Virus record (IMG/VR): IMGVR_UViG_3300032562_000003
Coordinates: 194,860 to 258,859 of that record
Direction: 5' to 3' (one strand)
DNA length: 64,000 nt
Both the position numbers and the translations under genes were made by a program. The notes beneath the pieces are model-generated. The model saw only the letters and a program-made list of their open reading frames with translations. It was not told the DNA's origin and ran no database searches. Positions 54,272 through 63,864 of the stretch are shown here, piece after piece (the first letter of the stretch is position 1; each line of letters begins with the position of its first letter).

Positions 54272-54979
54272 ATGAAACTTAACGATTTAGACAAGAATAA
54301 CGTTGCTGAAAGAGCACTTAAGGAATCCTTTTCTATGAATTTTGACGTATCGAACTTAGACCGCGCAAAAACCCGTGCTATGTTAAAGAAGGTTACTGGT
54401 CTGATCAACGAATCAAGACGATCACCTAATTTTCATAAAGCACAGAACAATCCAACTTATTTGAAGTTGAAGTTTATGGAGCAGGCTCTAACTCAGCATT
54501 TACCTTATGCTAAGTCTCCTCGCATCGTATTTGAAAATGAAGAAGTAGAGAAGTCACAGGTCATTCTTGCTGCACAAGATATGGTTGACACTGTACAAAA
54601 GTACTATGAAGATGTCAATGATATGCTTGTTAAGGAACTTCCGGCACTGGTCGATTCGATTCAATCAGAAATTGGTGTCAACGAAAGCACACAATTCAAT
54701 CAGCAAGTGTCCGAAGCACTTACTACTCTCAATAGCACTCTACAAGAAACAAAGGCTGCGCTTCAAGGTGCGCTAGGCACACTCACTGGTCAAGGCGGCG
54801 AAGATGCATTTGCAACCAACGAACCTGAGCTTGGAGCTGACATGGGTGCAGAGTTAGGAGCCGACTTAGGTGGCGAACTTGGTGACGAAGAAGATTTAGA
54901 TATGGATCTCTCTGAACCAAAGTCTGATGAGGAAGAACTTCCACCTAGATTCAGCGGTGCAGGCCGCCCAAAGCGATAA
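54272..54979 (+). CDS. Hypothetical helical acidic protein (possible head scaffold/core)
   Basis: TAAATA at 54241; coiled coil and acidic tail with LGA[DE] repeats. Confidence 0.55.
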   Translation: MKLNDLDKNNVAERALKESFSMNFDVSNLDRAKTRAMLKKVTGLINESRRSPNFHKAQNNPTYLKLKFMEQALTQHLPYAKSPRIVFENEEVEKSQVILAAQDMVDTVQKYYEDVNDMLVKELPALVDSIQSEIGVNESTQFNQQVSEALTTLNSTLQETKAALQGALGTLTGQGGEDAFATNEPELGADMGAELGADLGGELGDEEDLDMDLSEPKSDEEELPPRFSGAGRPKR

Positions 54980-54983
54980 TTTA

Positions 54984-55340
54984 ATGTTTCTTTTTGAATT
55001 CGATCAGGATAGCGCACAAGTCGCAAAAATTGTTGCGCTAACCAATCAATTGAAAGATGATGTAGAAAACGGCGAAGTTGATAGTGACAATTTTACCGTT
55101 GATGAATTGCTGGATTACTTTCAACAATATGACGTTATTCTAGATGTTAACGATTTATACAACATGATTAAGGTCGCGCCGCTCAAAACACTTGTTAAGA
55201 ACATTCAAGGTGATAAAGTAGTCTTTAAAGGACAAGAAGATGATTCTGCTGAGACAAAAGCACCAGAAGATGAAAACAAAAAGATAGTATCTAAAATGGC
55301 CAATTCTGCGCTATCTAATCTTAAGTCAGCCAATAAATGA
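54984..55340 (+). CDS. Hypothetical acidic protein
   Basis: MFLFEFDQDS... Confidence 0.6.
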   Translation: MFLFEFDQDSAQVAKIVALTNQLKDDVENGEVDSDNFTVDELLDYFQQYDVILDVNDLYNMIKVAPLKTLVKNIQGDKVVFKGQEDDSAETKAPEDENKKIVSKMANSALSNLKSANK

Positions 55341-55387
55341 TAGCCCAATACCATTGATTTGATTATACATTACTGTATACTGTACAG

Positions 55388-56074
55388 ATGGCTATAACTA
55401 ATAAATTCCCTTATACAGACCTACAAAGAGTAAATGTTGACGGATCAAGAAGATACGTAACTCCTGATGGTAACAAACTACCTTCTGTAACGACTATACT
55501 CGATGCTACAAAATCAGAAGATTCGAAAAAAGCACTTCAAAATTGGCGAAATCGTGTAGGTCATGCCAAAGCTCAGGAAATCACCACTGAGGCAGCGGGT
55601 AGAGGTACTCGTATGCACAAGTGGATCGAAAACTACATTAAGTTAGATGCTACTGGTGATCCAGGTACTAATCCATACAGCACACAAAGTCATGCTATGG
55701 CACAGAGCATTATTTCTCAGGGACTAGTCAATTGCACTGAATATTGGGGAACCGAAGTAGGTTTGTATTTTCCTGAAATCTATGCAGGCACGACAGATTT
55801 GGTCGGAGTTCATGCAGGTGATGAAGCGGTTATGGACCACAAACAAACAAATAAACCTAAAAAGCGCGAATGGATTGACGACTATTTCGTGCAAACCACT
55901 GCATATGCTAATGCTCATAACGAAGTTTGGGGAACCAAAATTCGAAAGGGTGTTATTTTTATGTGTTCTGCTGACGTGATCTATCAAGAATTCATAATTG
56001 AAGGAAATGAGTTTGATCGTTATGCTGACTTGTGGTGGAAACGAGTAGAACAGTACTACACTAAATTCCTTTAG
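55388..56074 (+). CDS. PD-(D/E)XK exonuclease
   Basis: LPSVTTIL, RGTRMH, YAGTTDL, MDHKQTNK and QTTAYA. Confidence 0.85.
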   Translation: MAITNKFPYTDLQRVNVDGSRRYVTPDGNKLPSVTTILDATKSEDSKKALQNWRNRVGHAKAQEITTEAAGRGTRMHKWIENYIKLDATGDPGTNPYSTQSHAMAQSIISQGLVNCTEYWGTEVGLYFPEIYAGTTDLVGVHAGDEAVMDHKQTNKPKKREWIDDYFVQTTAYANAHNEVWGTKIRKGVIFMCSADVIYQEFIIEGNEFDRYADLWWKRVEQYYTKFL

Positions 56075-56134
56075 CGGAATTCTAATATGTAAAGACTAAA
56101 TAAGAGTATATACCAGTTGGGTGAAAATACTCTT

Positions 56135-58234
56135 ATGTCGATTTTACAAATTTCAAAACTTCAAGTTCGTACAGGTAACCTAGTTGATCTACCGCAACTA
56201 GATGAAGGTGAATTTGGTTGGGCCACAGATAATAAACGTTTGTTTGTAGGTAAAACTACTCCTAACGAAAACATTGAAGTTCTTACTGGCTATTCGAAAA
56301 TAGCCTTCAGTCAAATTGATGGCGTGGTTGGGAACCTTTTAATTACTTCTCCAACTGCTGGACAGGTACTAGCGTACAATGGAAGTAGTTGGGTAAACAC
56401 AGGTGGGTCTTCTGGTGGCACTTTAAATTTTGGTAGTATATCAAATGTAAAAATTACCGGCGGAGCTATTGGTTATGTGTTAAGCACTGATGGTTTAGGT
56501 AATCTTTCTTGGACACCAAAAGGTTCACTTTATACCAACATCGTGGCTCTAAGCAATGATACTCCTGTTGTCATGACAGTAGCAAATACTACTCCATACA
56601 CAAATGACTTGCAGGTTACTATTAGTGGTGTTAACGGTGTTGCTAATGCCAATGTTAATGGTAACACATTTTATGTTAAGCTTGCGAGTGATTTCCCTTC
56701 GTCTGGTAACGTATCCTTGTATACTGATGCAGGTTTAACTACTGGAGTTAATGGAACTGGATTAACTTACACCAATTCTCCCAACGCTATTGCAACTGCT
56801 ATTATTTCTTCGGGTAGCGGAACCGCAGCAGCTGGCGGTTCAAACACTTCAATTCAATATAATGCCAGCAGCGTGATAACTGGAGATGCAAACTTAGTTT
56901 ATGATTACACAGGTAAGGTTTTATCTCTTAATGGTGACGCAAACGTAGGTAATCTCAACTCCAACGGTATTGTTACATCTACTAGATTTGTGTCAAATGT
57001 AACTACCGGAACTGCACCATTTACAGTTACATCGACTACTCAAGTAGCAAACTTAAATTCTGCAACCGCAGGTACCGCAGGTACGGTAACAACTAACGCA
57101 CAACCAAATATCACATCAGTTGGTACACTAACATCATTAACAGTTACTGGAAACATAAGTGGTGCAAATATAATTGGAAACCATTATGGTGCCGGCAACA
57201 ACCTATCTAACATTCAAGGTGCAAACGTATCGGGTGCAGTCGCATACGCAACTACAGCAAACGCAGTGGCAGGCGCCAATGTTTCAGGCGCGGTAGGTCT
57301 AGCCACATATGCTACGACAGCAAACGCAGTGGCAGGCGGCAATGTTTCTGGTACAGTTTCTTCTGCAACTAGTGCTACGAATGCAGCCGCAGTCCTTAAT
57401 AATTCAGCATCAACTGGTACTTATTATATTCCATTCATCTCGTCTACTGCGAATGGCAATTATACACACGCATCAAATGCCAACTTCTTCGCTAACCTAG
57501 CTAATGGATACATCACTGCTACTGGTTTTGTAGGAACACTTAGTGGTTCTGCTACATCTGCAACTACAGCAGGTACAGTGACAACTAATGCACAACCAAA
57601 CATCACATCAGTTGGTACGCTGTCCGCAGTCTCCGTTACTGCAAACGTAACAACGGGCGGAATTAAGACTGATAATTATTATTATGCCAATGGCGTAGCA
57701 ATTAGTTTTGATGGCGCATATAGCAACTCAAACGTCGCCTCATATTTGCCTACGTATACCGGAACGGTAGGAGCAACCGCGCTTACTACTGGAGCAAACA
57801 CAACTGCCGGAACAATCACAGGTAATTGGTCCCTGTCTAGCGGATCAAAACTACAATCAACTTACGCTGACTTAGCAGAATACTATACCGCTGATATTAG
57901 CACATATGAACCCGGCACCGTATTACAGTTTGGGGGAACAGCAGAAGTAACTGTAGCCTCCCCCGAAACAAGTAGGGTCGCGGGAGTAGTTTCTACTAAT
58001 CCTGCATTTGCCATGCATGAAATATGTGCAGCACCTGCGGTTCCAATTGCACTACAAGGACGTGTGCCATGTAAAGTTACGGGTTCTATTAGAAAAGGTG
58101 ACATGCTAGTAAGTGCGGGATATGGACGCGCAATGGCGTCATCTTCTCCGTCTATGGGCACAGTTATAGGTAAGTCTCTAGAAGACTTCGACGGTCTCTT
58201 CGGTGTGATCGAAGTAGCAGTAGGTAGACTATAA
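56135..58234 (+). CDS. Tail-fibre-like virion protein with C-terminal chaperone/peptidase-like domain
   Basis: N-terminal LDEGEFGWATDNKRLFVG, Gly/Asn/Thr-rich repeats, C-terminal ADLAEYY...AGVVSTNPA...IALQGRVPCKV...KGDMLV. TAAATA at 56097. Confidence 0.7.
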   Translation: MSILQISKLQVRTGNLVDLPQLDEGEFGWATDNKRLFVGKTTPNENIEVLTGYSKIAFSQIDGVVGNLLITSPTAGQVLAYNGSSWVNTGGSSGGTLNFGSISNVKITGGAIGYVLSTDGLGNLSWTPKGSLYTNIVALSNDTPVVMTVANTTPYTNDLQVTISGVNGVANANVNGNTFYVKLASDFPSSGNVSLYTDAGLTTGVNGTGLTYTNSPNAIATAIISSGSGTAAAGGSNTSIQYNASSVITGDANLVYDYTGKVLSLNGDANVGNLNSNGIVTSTRFVSNVTTGTAPFTVTSTTQVANLNSATAGTAGTVTTNAQPNITSVGTLTSLTVTGNISGANIIGNHYGAGNNLSNIQGANVSGAVAYATTANAVAGANVSGAVGLATYATTANAVAGGNVSGTVSSATSATNAAAVLNNSASTGTYYIPFISSTANGNYTHASNANFFANLANGYITATGFVGTLSGSATSATTAGTVTTNAQPNITSVGTLSAVSVTANVTTGGIKTDNYYYANGVAISFDGAYSNSNVASYLPTYTGTVGATALTTGANTTAGTITGNWSLSSGSKLQSTYADLAEYYTADISTYEPGTVLQFGGTAEVTVASPETSRVAGVVSTNPAFAMHEICAAPAVPIALQGRVPCKVTGSIRKGDMLVSAGYGRAMASSSPSMGTVIGKSLEDFDGLFGVIEVAVGRL

Positions 58235-58260
58235 CATCTCCTATTTTTTTAACCTTATGA

Positions 58261-58327
58261 TAAATATAGAAAGAACACTCTGTTGAGAGTTTACGCGGTT
58301 ACCCACCGCGTAGTGGCTAGAACCCAC
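58261..58327 (+). promoter_or_regulatory. Late promoter and three-hairpin leader
   Basis: TAAATA at 58261; ACTCT/AGAGT, TACGCGG/CCGCGTA and GTGG/CCAC stems before AAGGAG. Confidence 0.55.
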
Positions 58328-58345
58328 ACATAAAGGAGAAAACAA

Positions 58346-59614
58346 ATGGGACGTCCTCTAAAGATTGCGAAGGCACAAGCAGTCGTAACTATCACAAACA
58401 CAACTACTACGACCAACGTCGTAACAACTTCAGCAAATTTCACCACGCTAGGTATTATTGCAGGTATGCCGTTCGTAACTGCATCTAGCATCGGTGGACT
58501 TACTGCCGGAAAGCTATATTGGATTCTTAGCATATTGAATGCAGGAAACAATAGCACCTTCACTGTTTCTGCAACACCGCTTAATGCTAATCCAACTAAT
58601 GCACAAGTTCCACTAAGCACTGCTTCGGGTTCTGTTTCGACTACTGTTGCTCCAGTTGACATGTATTTCAACAATCCAACCGGATCACAATGGCCTGCAA
58701 CTAATGCAAACACTTACTCAGTAGTAGGTGGAAATACTGCTCTTTACGGTAATCAAGTTCTATGTAATGTAGGATTTGGTGTAAACGGCACTGGTACTGA
58801 GTTTGCTTCCACGTCAAGCAATGTGGTTGTAGGATTAGGTACTGATTTTGCAAACGTTGCAACTGGTACTATTCTTTACGCAATTTGGGCTGATGGATCA
58901 CAACAACTTTTAGGAACTACGACCTCAACTAACGGCAATCTAACGGTAGCTGTTGCTAACACTACTGCAACAGGTAACGTTATAGGTACTTCAGGTAATG
59001 CTCAAACACTTACTGTAAATACTCCGGTGGTATTTGACGCATCCTTCGGTAACCTAACTGCAGGTACAACTTACTTTGTCAAAACTATCGCTAACGCAGC
59101 AGCATTCACTGTTTCTACTACACCAGGCGGCGCGGTGCAGGCACTAACTTCAAACGTTAGCGTAACTGGAAATGCAGTTCAAAATCGTGTTGTGTTGAGT
59201 GCCGTTTCAGCTAATAACTCAAGTGGTCCAACTGGTTACGGAGACCCATTCGTTCAGGTTCTTCCAGAAGCAGGATACATTGTGCGTCAAAAGGGCAAGC
59301 AAAAGTATTTGGTAAAGGGCACTACAACTGGTATCGTGGGTGCAGCATATACTGCTAATCTTGCTAATACTGCTCTAACACCAAACACAATGACTATTAC
59401 TGCAACTTATGCAAATAGTTCAACTGTTAATGTTCAAAGCTTGAGCGATCACACTGCGGAACTATTCAGTTCCACTTCAGGAACTACTGCTACCGGCAAC
59501 ATCGTTCTAGAAAATGCAAACCCTGCATATGCAACGTTCAATAGTGCAGCGGCAGCAGACGCAAATACAGCAAATGCTCAACCTTACCCAATCGTGACTA
59601 TCGGCGCAGCGTAA
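58346..59614 (+). CDS. Virion structural protein (Thr/Asn/Ala-rich, internally repeated beta domain)
   Basis: Two copies of an F...(I)GGLTAG..Y(W/F)(I/V)...FTVS.TP-type unit; strong RBS. Confidence 0.65.
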   Translation: MGRPLKIAKAQAVVTITNTTTTTNVVTTSANFTTLGIIAGMPFVTASSIGGLTAGKLYWILSILNAGNNSTFTVSATPLNANPTNAQVPLSTASGSVSTTVAPVDMYFNNPTGSQWPATNANTYSVVGGNTALYGNQVLCNVGFGVNGTGTEFASTSSNVVVGLGTDFANVATGTILYAIWADGSQQLLGTTTSTNGNLTVAVANTTATGNVIGTSGNAQTLTVNTPVVFDASFGNLTAGTTYFVKTIANAAAFTVSTTPGGAVQALTSNVSVTGNAVQNRVVLSAVSANNSSGPTGYGDPFVQVLPEAGYIVRQKGKQKYLVKGTTTGIVGAAYTANLANTALTPNTMTITATYANSSTVNVQSLSDHTAELFSSTSGTTATGNIVLENANPAYATFNSAAAADANTANAQPYPIVTIGAA

Positions 59615-59627
59615 GGCGTAGAATACT

Positions 59628-59948
59628 ATGGCGATTCAAACTTCAGTTGAGCAATTAAATCAGACCGAAACCGAAGTTGCGGTCCTTCAGGTAAAGTACA
59701 AAAACATTGATGAAAAAGTCAGTGATTTGAAAACTGACTTGAAGGACCTTCGCACTCATATAGATAAGCACATAGAAGATACTCAAACGCTTATTAAAGA
59801 ATATCAAATTGAAAATGTTAAGGCTCACAAAGAAATGGCAACCAAAATCACCGCTTTAGAAAAGTGGAAATGGATGATTATGGGAGCAAGTGTACTGGCA
59901 GGAGCAATGGGTTGGCCAGTACTGGGCAAATTATTAGGTATGCACTAA
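59628..59948 (+). CDS. Coiled-coil protein with C-terminal TM helix (possible holin-like)
   Basis: Heptad-like region followed by WKWMIMGASVLAGAMGW. Confidence 0.5.
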   Translation: MAIQTSVEQLNQTETEVAVLQVKYKNIDEKVSDLKTDLKDLRTHIDKHIEDTQTLIKEYQIENVKAHKEMATKITALEKWKWMIMGASVLAGAMGWPVLGKLLGMH

Positions 59949-60356
59949 TTATTTTTCAAGCGATCTTAGTTTTTCATTAACGATATCAATATTGACAGTA
60001 GAAAATAAACCAGGATGTAATGGTTTAGGGTACTGTCCTTCTTTAACCCAAGCATATCCCACGTGTTCGTCGTTCAACACCGGAATAAATTCTTCTGTAA
60101 CTTCACAAAAAAATGTATTATATGTGAATGAGTTATTCACAAATTTTTGAATTGGAATGAGCTTCCATAATGGATTAAACATTCCTATTTCTTCAGTACA
60201 TTCTCGTTGGATCCCTTCATACAGGGTTTCAGTTTTTTCTATTTTTCCGCCCGGTATACTCCATGTAGGATTTTTTTGGTCGGCTCTCAATAGATACAGG
60301 TATCTATTAGTAGAGGTGCTGTAGAAAAACACACCTGCTGCTTGAATAATTGTCAT
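59949..60356 (-). CDS. NUDIX hydrolase
   Basis: WSIPGGKIEKTETLYEGIQRECTEEIG Nudix box. Confidence 0.9.
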   Translation of the reverse strand: MTIIQAAGVFFYSTSTNRYLYLLRADQKNPTWSIPGGKIEKTETLYEGIQRECTEEIGMFNPLWKLIPIQKFVNNSFTYNTFFCEVTEEFIPVLNDEHVGYAWVKEGQYPKPLHPGLFSTVNIDIVNEKLRSLEK

Positions 60357-60388
60357 ATTGGTATTTAATCTGATATATCGGTGATATA

Positions 60389-61765
60389 TTAAATGACTAT
60401 CGAATAGTCACCCTGATCATACCAACCCTCCACAGATTTAATCCACATTCCCTGAGTGTTTACATAACGATACTGAACGTTTGTGGTTAGATTGGTCACA
60501 AATTCTACACCAGAAGAAGCTTGGCTATCAAATGCAACAAACCATTGTCCCGTTTCAGCATCATATTCGATGATGTCATTTGCATTGGCTACTAAATTTC
60601 CCCAAGCAATAGTGCTGTCACCGGTATGACCGATATGTTCAACGATTAAATATCTTTTATTTGTAGTAGGTCCCGGAAGCCCGGCATTAGGACCAGTTAG
60701 TAATGGATTGATAACACTATCTACTGGTGGCATTGTGTTTTGAGGTAGTGTATCCGGATCAATATTATAGATCAAGAATCTGTCATCCGTTGGATTAGGT
60801 ACGATAGTCCCCACAATGTCATTTTCCATATATGGGTTCTGTAGCCAAATTTGCGAGATACCCGGCACTACCGTACCGTATACATTTAGTAAACTAGACC
60901 AATACAAGTCGGTGTTAGGACTGATTGGTTGTTCAAGGTCTGAATTACTAGGAAAGAATGCCTCATCTGCCGGAAGAAGTTGCAGTTGATTGCCTATTAA
61001 TAATAACTTATAGCCATATGGCGTAATTTTTTGTCTAGTACCCAATAGAAGGTCTTCATCCTGAACATCTTGTAATGCAGTACCTTGATAGATAGATGCT
61101 ATAATTTTTTGAATGACTCCCATCTTCTTGAGTTTAGCAGCAGTCGAGAGCCAAACAGGCATATAGAACTTCCAAGTCATGATGTCGATAGGATTACCTG
61201 TACCTTGAGGAATAGAACGACTAGTGAATGTAAGTCCGTCTTGGAACACAGATGACAACGAAGTCCAGTCTATAAAGTTATCAGTGCTTTGAATTTCAAG
61301 AGCAGGATTGAATAGTGTCCCCAGCTGTTCGATGATTTCTAGTTTCTGCTGATAGTTGGTAGTCCAAAAGTCAACAGTTATTCTTAGAGTATACGGCACT
61401 GGCATCAAGCGCTCAATCGTAAATGCTTGTCCTTGCGTAGTGTCATATGTCTGGGTTTCTTGATTATATGCACGCTGTCTCACATTCAATCTATCAACAA
61501 ACGTGGGATCCTGAGTCCACTTTTGATTATACTCTAATCCACTGATATAATATGTAATTAGCGGCGCCGTAGGTAGATTGCTCGCACTGTTGTTGGCGAT
61601 AATGGTAGCAGCTTGTCGGCTACTATCCCCGTACATGACAGGTATTCTAACGATAATATTGTTACCGTTAGGATCTTTTCCTTTAGTGACGTTCCAAGAA
61701 CTAAAAATCTTAGCAAATTGGATTAGATAACGTCGGATTTGATTGTCGTAGAAGAATTCAGCCAC
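60389..61765 (-). CDS. Tail sheath stabiliser/completion protein (T4 gp15-like)
   Basis: FFYDNQIRRYLIQFAKIFS, PVPY and QILEQ-like IIEQLGTLFNP. Confidence 0.72.
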   Translation of the reverse strand: MAEFFYDNQIRRYLIQFAKIFSSWNVTKGKDPNGNNIIVRIPVMYGDSSRQAATIIANNSASNLPTAPLITYYISGLEYNQKWTQDPTFVDRLNVRQRAYNQETQTYDTTQGQAFTIERLMPVPYTLRITVDFWTTNYQQKLEIIEQLGTLFNPALEIQSTDNFIDWTSLSSVFQDGLTFTSRSIPQGTGNPIDIMTWKFYMPVWLSTAAKLKKMGVIQKIIASIYQGTALQDVQDEDLLLGTRQKITPYGYKLLLIGNQLQLLPADEAFFPSNSDLEQPISPNTDLYWSSLLNVYGTVVPGISQIWLQNPYMENDIVGTIVPNPTDDRFLIYNIDPDTLPQNTMPPVDSVINPLLTGPNAGLPGPTTNKRYLIVEHIGHTGDSTIAWGNLVANANDIIEYDAETGQWFVAFDSQASSGVEFVTNLTTNVQYRYVNTQGMWIKSVEGWYDQGDYSIVI

Positions 61766-61776
61766 TTAACATCTCA

Positions 61777-63489
61777 TTATTCTGGTGGTGGTACGTCGGG
61801 AGTCAATTGTAAAATTGAAGATAGAGGCTGCGCTTCTGGCACACGCTTCCCTTCATTATTTACATAAATTTCATTGGTATCATTAATAAAGCTTGACAGC
61901 AACGATTGGTTTGCGTTAGATTCGAATCCGGTTTGTGTTCGAACATTTTCGGAGATTCTAACCCACATTACTCCGTCCCAACGATATAGAAGTTGCGGTA
62001 AGTAGTCGATACGTAAGAAGTATTCCCCGACTTGTGGATTTTGCGGGAACGAAATGCCGGCGCCAGTCGCTTCACCGTTTGGTGCAGTGCCGTCTCCTAT
62101 CAAATAACCCATCGTATATCCGAACGATCTAGGTGTAGAACGAGTGATATATTGATAACCTGGAATACAGTCTGCACGATAGTCCATGTTTATGGTTATA
62201 TCGCCGATAAATCCGGTTGCAGTAGGATCCTGGTCTGCTGTAGCATATGTGTTATCAGCAGTACCGTACGGGCCATACGCCATACCTAAGGATTCAATAG
62301 TGAGTAATTTATCTGATTCGACAGATCCTGATCCTCCCGCCGTTCTTTGAGGAGCTACCTCCACCACTTGCAATTGTGCCTGAACAAACGAATCTATTTT
62401 TTCTATTCCGACCATATCCGCGGTCATGTCCCAAATACTTTGCATTACTTCTTTGGAAACTTTAATTCCGGCCGCTGCATTTCTATAGCGAGGATCACGT
62501 ATCATCACGACTGATCCATATGCTACTGGCGTATTATTTAAGTCTACTGCAAGATTGATAGGCGGAGCAGGTTGGTTAATTTTATCGGACAACGTTCCAT
62601 TAGACTCATACGTACCATAAGTAGGTACGATATAAAGATTGCTGGTATCGTGTCCTGATTTTGGAAGCAAGCGCTCTGCTTCCTTTAAAGCGGCATCATT
62701 GATTGCAATATTTTTGTTGTACGTTGATAGAATATCTGCCAAACTGCCGTCTGACACAACTTCCCAGTATGCTGCATTTGGTGGTGTTGTACCGACGGGA
62801 ACATCGGTTGTTGATTGATAAACAACACCGCCGTAGGTAACGGTATATCCCGGCGGATAGGTTTTAGTAGGATCAAAGTCCCCTAAATAATTATCCTGTT
62901 GAATTGGAGCGTTAAGAATATCAGCAAATTCTTCAGAGTTCACTAGAGGCTCGCACTTAATTCGCCAAAGATGCGGGAACCATGTTTGCGAAAACCCTTC
63001 ACTTGCATAGTTAGCATCTGTTATTTGCATGAAACGTTTCAGTGCAGTAGGGATAGCTTCGTTGAGAGGATTATAGTCCAGCAAGTGCGGCAACTCCAAC
63101 ACATCTCCTACCATCAGTTTACGACCGATTATGTCAATCATATCGTTATAGTGAACTGTGATAAAAATGATGTCGTTATTCAGAAAAAGTCCAAATTGAC
63201 TTAGATCAAAATCCAGATTCTGCACATTATAGTGCCCTCGCAGGCGATATATGTTTGAGTCGTATTTTCTATCTCTGTTTTCCAAAAACAGTAGATCCTG
63301 AATTTGAGTCGGATCAGGATCTACATACTGCGGCTGCGTGTAATCTATAGAAGGTCCTTGATTCGTGACTCCTGCATATTTATGGATATACAGGTCTGTT
63401 CCGCCGACCGTTAACATTTCTGAAATCGTGCGGTCTAAGAACCTATAATCGTTCTGCTTATTCGGGCGGTATAAACTAAGTCGTGGCAT
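61777..63489 (-). CDS. Neck/head-completion protein (T4 gp14-like N-terminal domain)
   Basis: MPRLSLYRPNK after TAAATA at 63495-63500 (-); FDLSQFGLFL, GDVLELPHL and WFPHLWRIKC. Adjacent to the gp15-like gene. Confidence 0.65.
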   Translation of the reverse strand: MPRLSLYRPNKQNDYRFLDRTISEMLTVGGTDLYIHKYAGVTNQGPSIDYTQPQYVDPDPTQIQDLLFLENRDRKYDSNIYRLRGHYNVQNLDFDLSQFGLFLNNDIIFITVHYNDMIDIIGRKLMVGDVLELPHLLDYNPLNEAIPTALKRFMQITDANYASEGFSQTWFPHLWRIKCEPLVNSEEFADILNAPIQQDNYLGDFDPTKTYPPGYTVTYGGVVYQSTTDVPVGTTPPNAAYWEVVSDGSLADILSTYNKNIAINDAALKEAERLLPKSGHDTSNLYIVPTYGTYESNGTLSDKINQPAPPINLAVDLNNTPVAYGSVVMIRDPRYRNAAAGIKVSKEVMQSIWDMTADMVGIEKIDSFVQAQLQVVEVAPQRTAGGSGSVESDKLLTIESLGMAYGPYGTADNTYATADQDPTATGFIGDITINMDYRADCIPGYQYITRSTPRSFGYTMGYLIGDGTAPNGEATGAGISFPQNPQVGEYFLRIDYLPQLLYRWDGVMWVRISENVRTQTGFESNANQSLLSSFINDTNEIYVNNEGKRVPEAQPLSSILQLTPDVPPPE

Positions 63490-63523
63490 ATCTTTATTTA
63501 TCGTCGGGTCTACGATAAAAATG

Positions 63524-63552
63524 TTGACAAGTCTACAGTACCCTGCTAAGTT
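63524..63552 (+). promoter_or_regulatory. sigma70-like promoter (divergent from neck operon)
   Basis: TTGACA, 17-nt spacer ending TGC, TAAGTT. Confidence 0.6.
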
Positions 63553-63577
63553 GAACATTCACTCAATAGGAAATACG

Positions 63578-63835
63578 ATGAACAAGAATCAAGAGTACGT
63601 AAAGCAAATTGACGGTCAAATCATGAGCTTGCAAATTAATAAACCTGAAGGCTGGGAAGGAACTGTTTCTTATCTCCAAATGGCTCTGACCGACGTAATG
63701 GGACGATTAAGTGCAGAAGAACTTGCAGAAGTTCGTGCCTCTCAAACTCAGGTCATGAGTGCCGAAGAAGCTAAGGTCCGACGGGCCGAAGAAGCCAAGG
63801 AAATGGCTAACAATCGAGATAAACCGAGTATCTAA
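63578..63835 (+). CDS. Hypothetical protein
   Basis: MNKNQEYVKQIDG... with AGGA RBS. Confidence 0.55.
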   Translation: MNKNQEYVKQIDGQIMSLQINKPEGWEGTVSYLQMALTDVMGRLSAEELAEVRASQTQVMSAEEAKVRRAEEAKEMANNRDKPSI

Positions 63836-63864
63836 CATAGGCTAGAAAGCCTAAAAGAGCAGAC

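Noticed and set aside
55388-56074. Cas4 or CRISPR adaptation gene
   Set aside because: PD-(D/E)XK motifs are present but the four-Cys Fe-S ligands are not, and there is no array or cas1.
56135-58234. Diversity-generating retroelement target
   Set aside because: No reverse transcriptase and no template/variable repeat pair differing at adenines in the window.
63490-63558. 5' extension of the neck gene given by the ORF track
   Set aside because: A late promoter sits 6-11 nt upstream of ATG 63489, and the extension overlaps the divergent sigma70 promoter.
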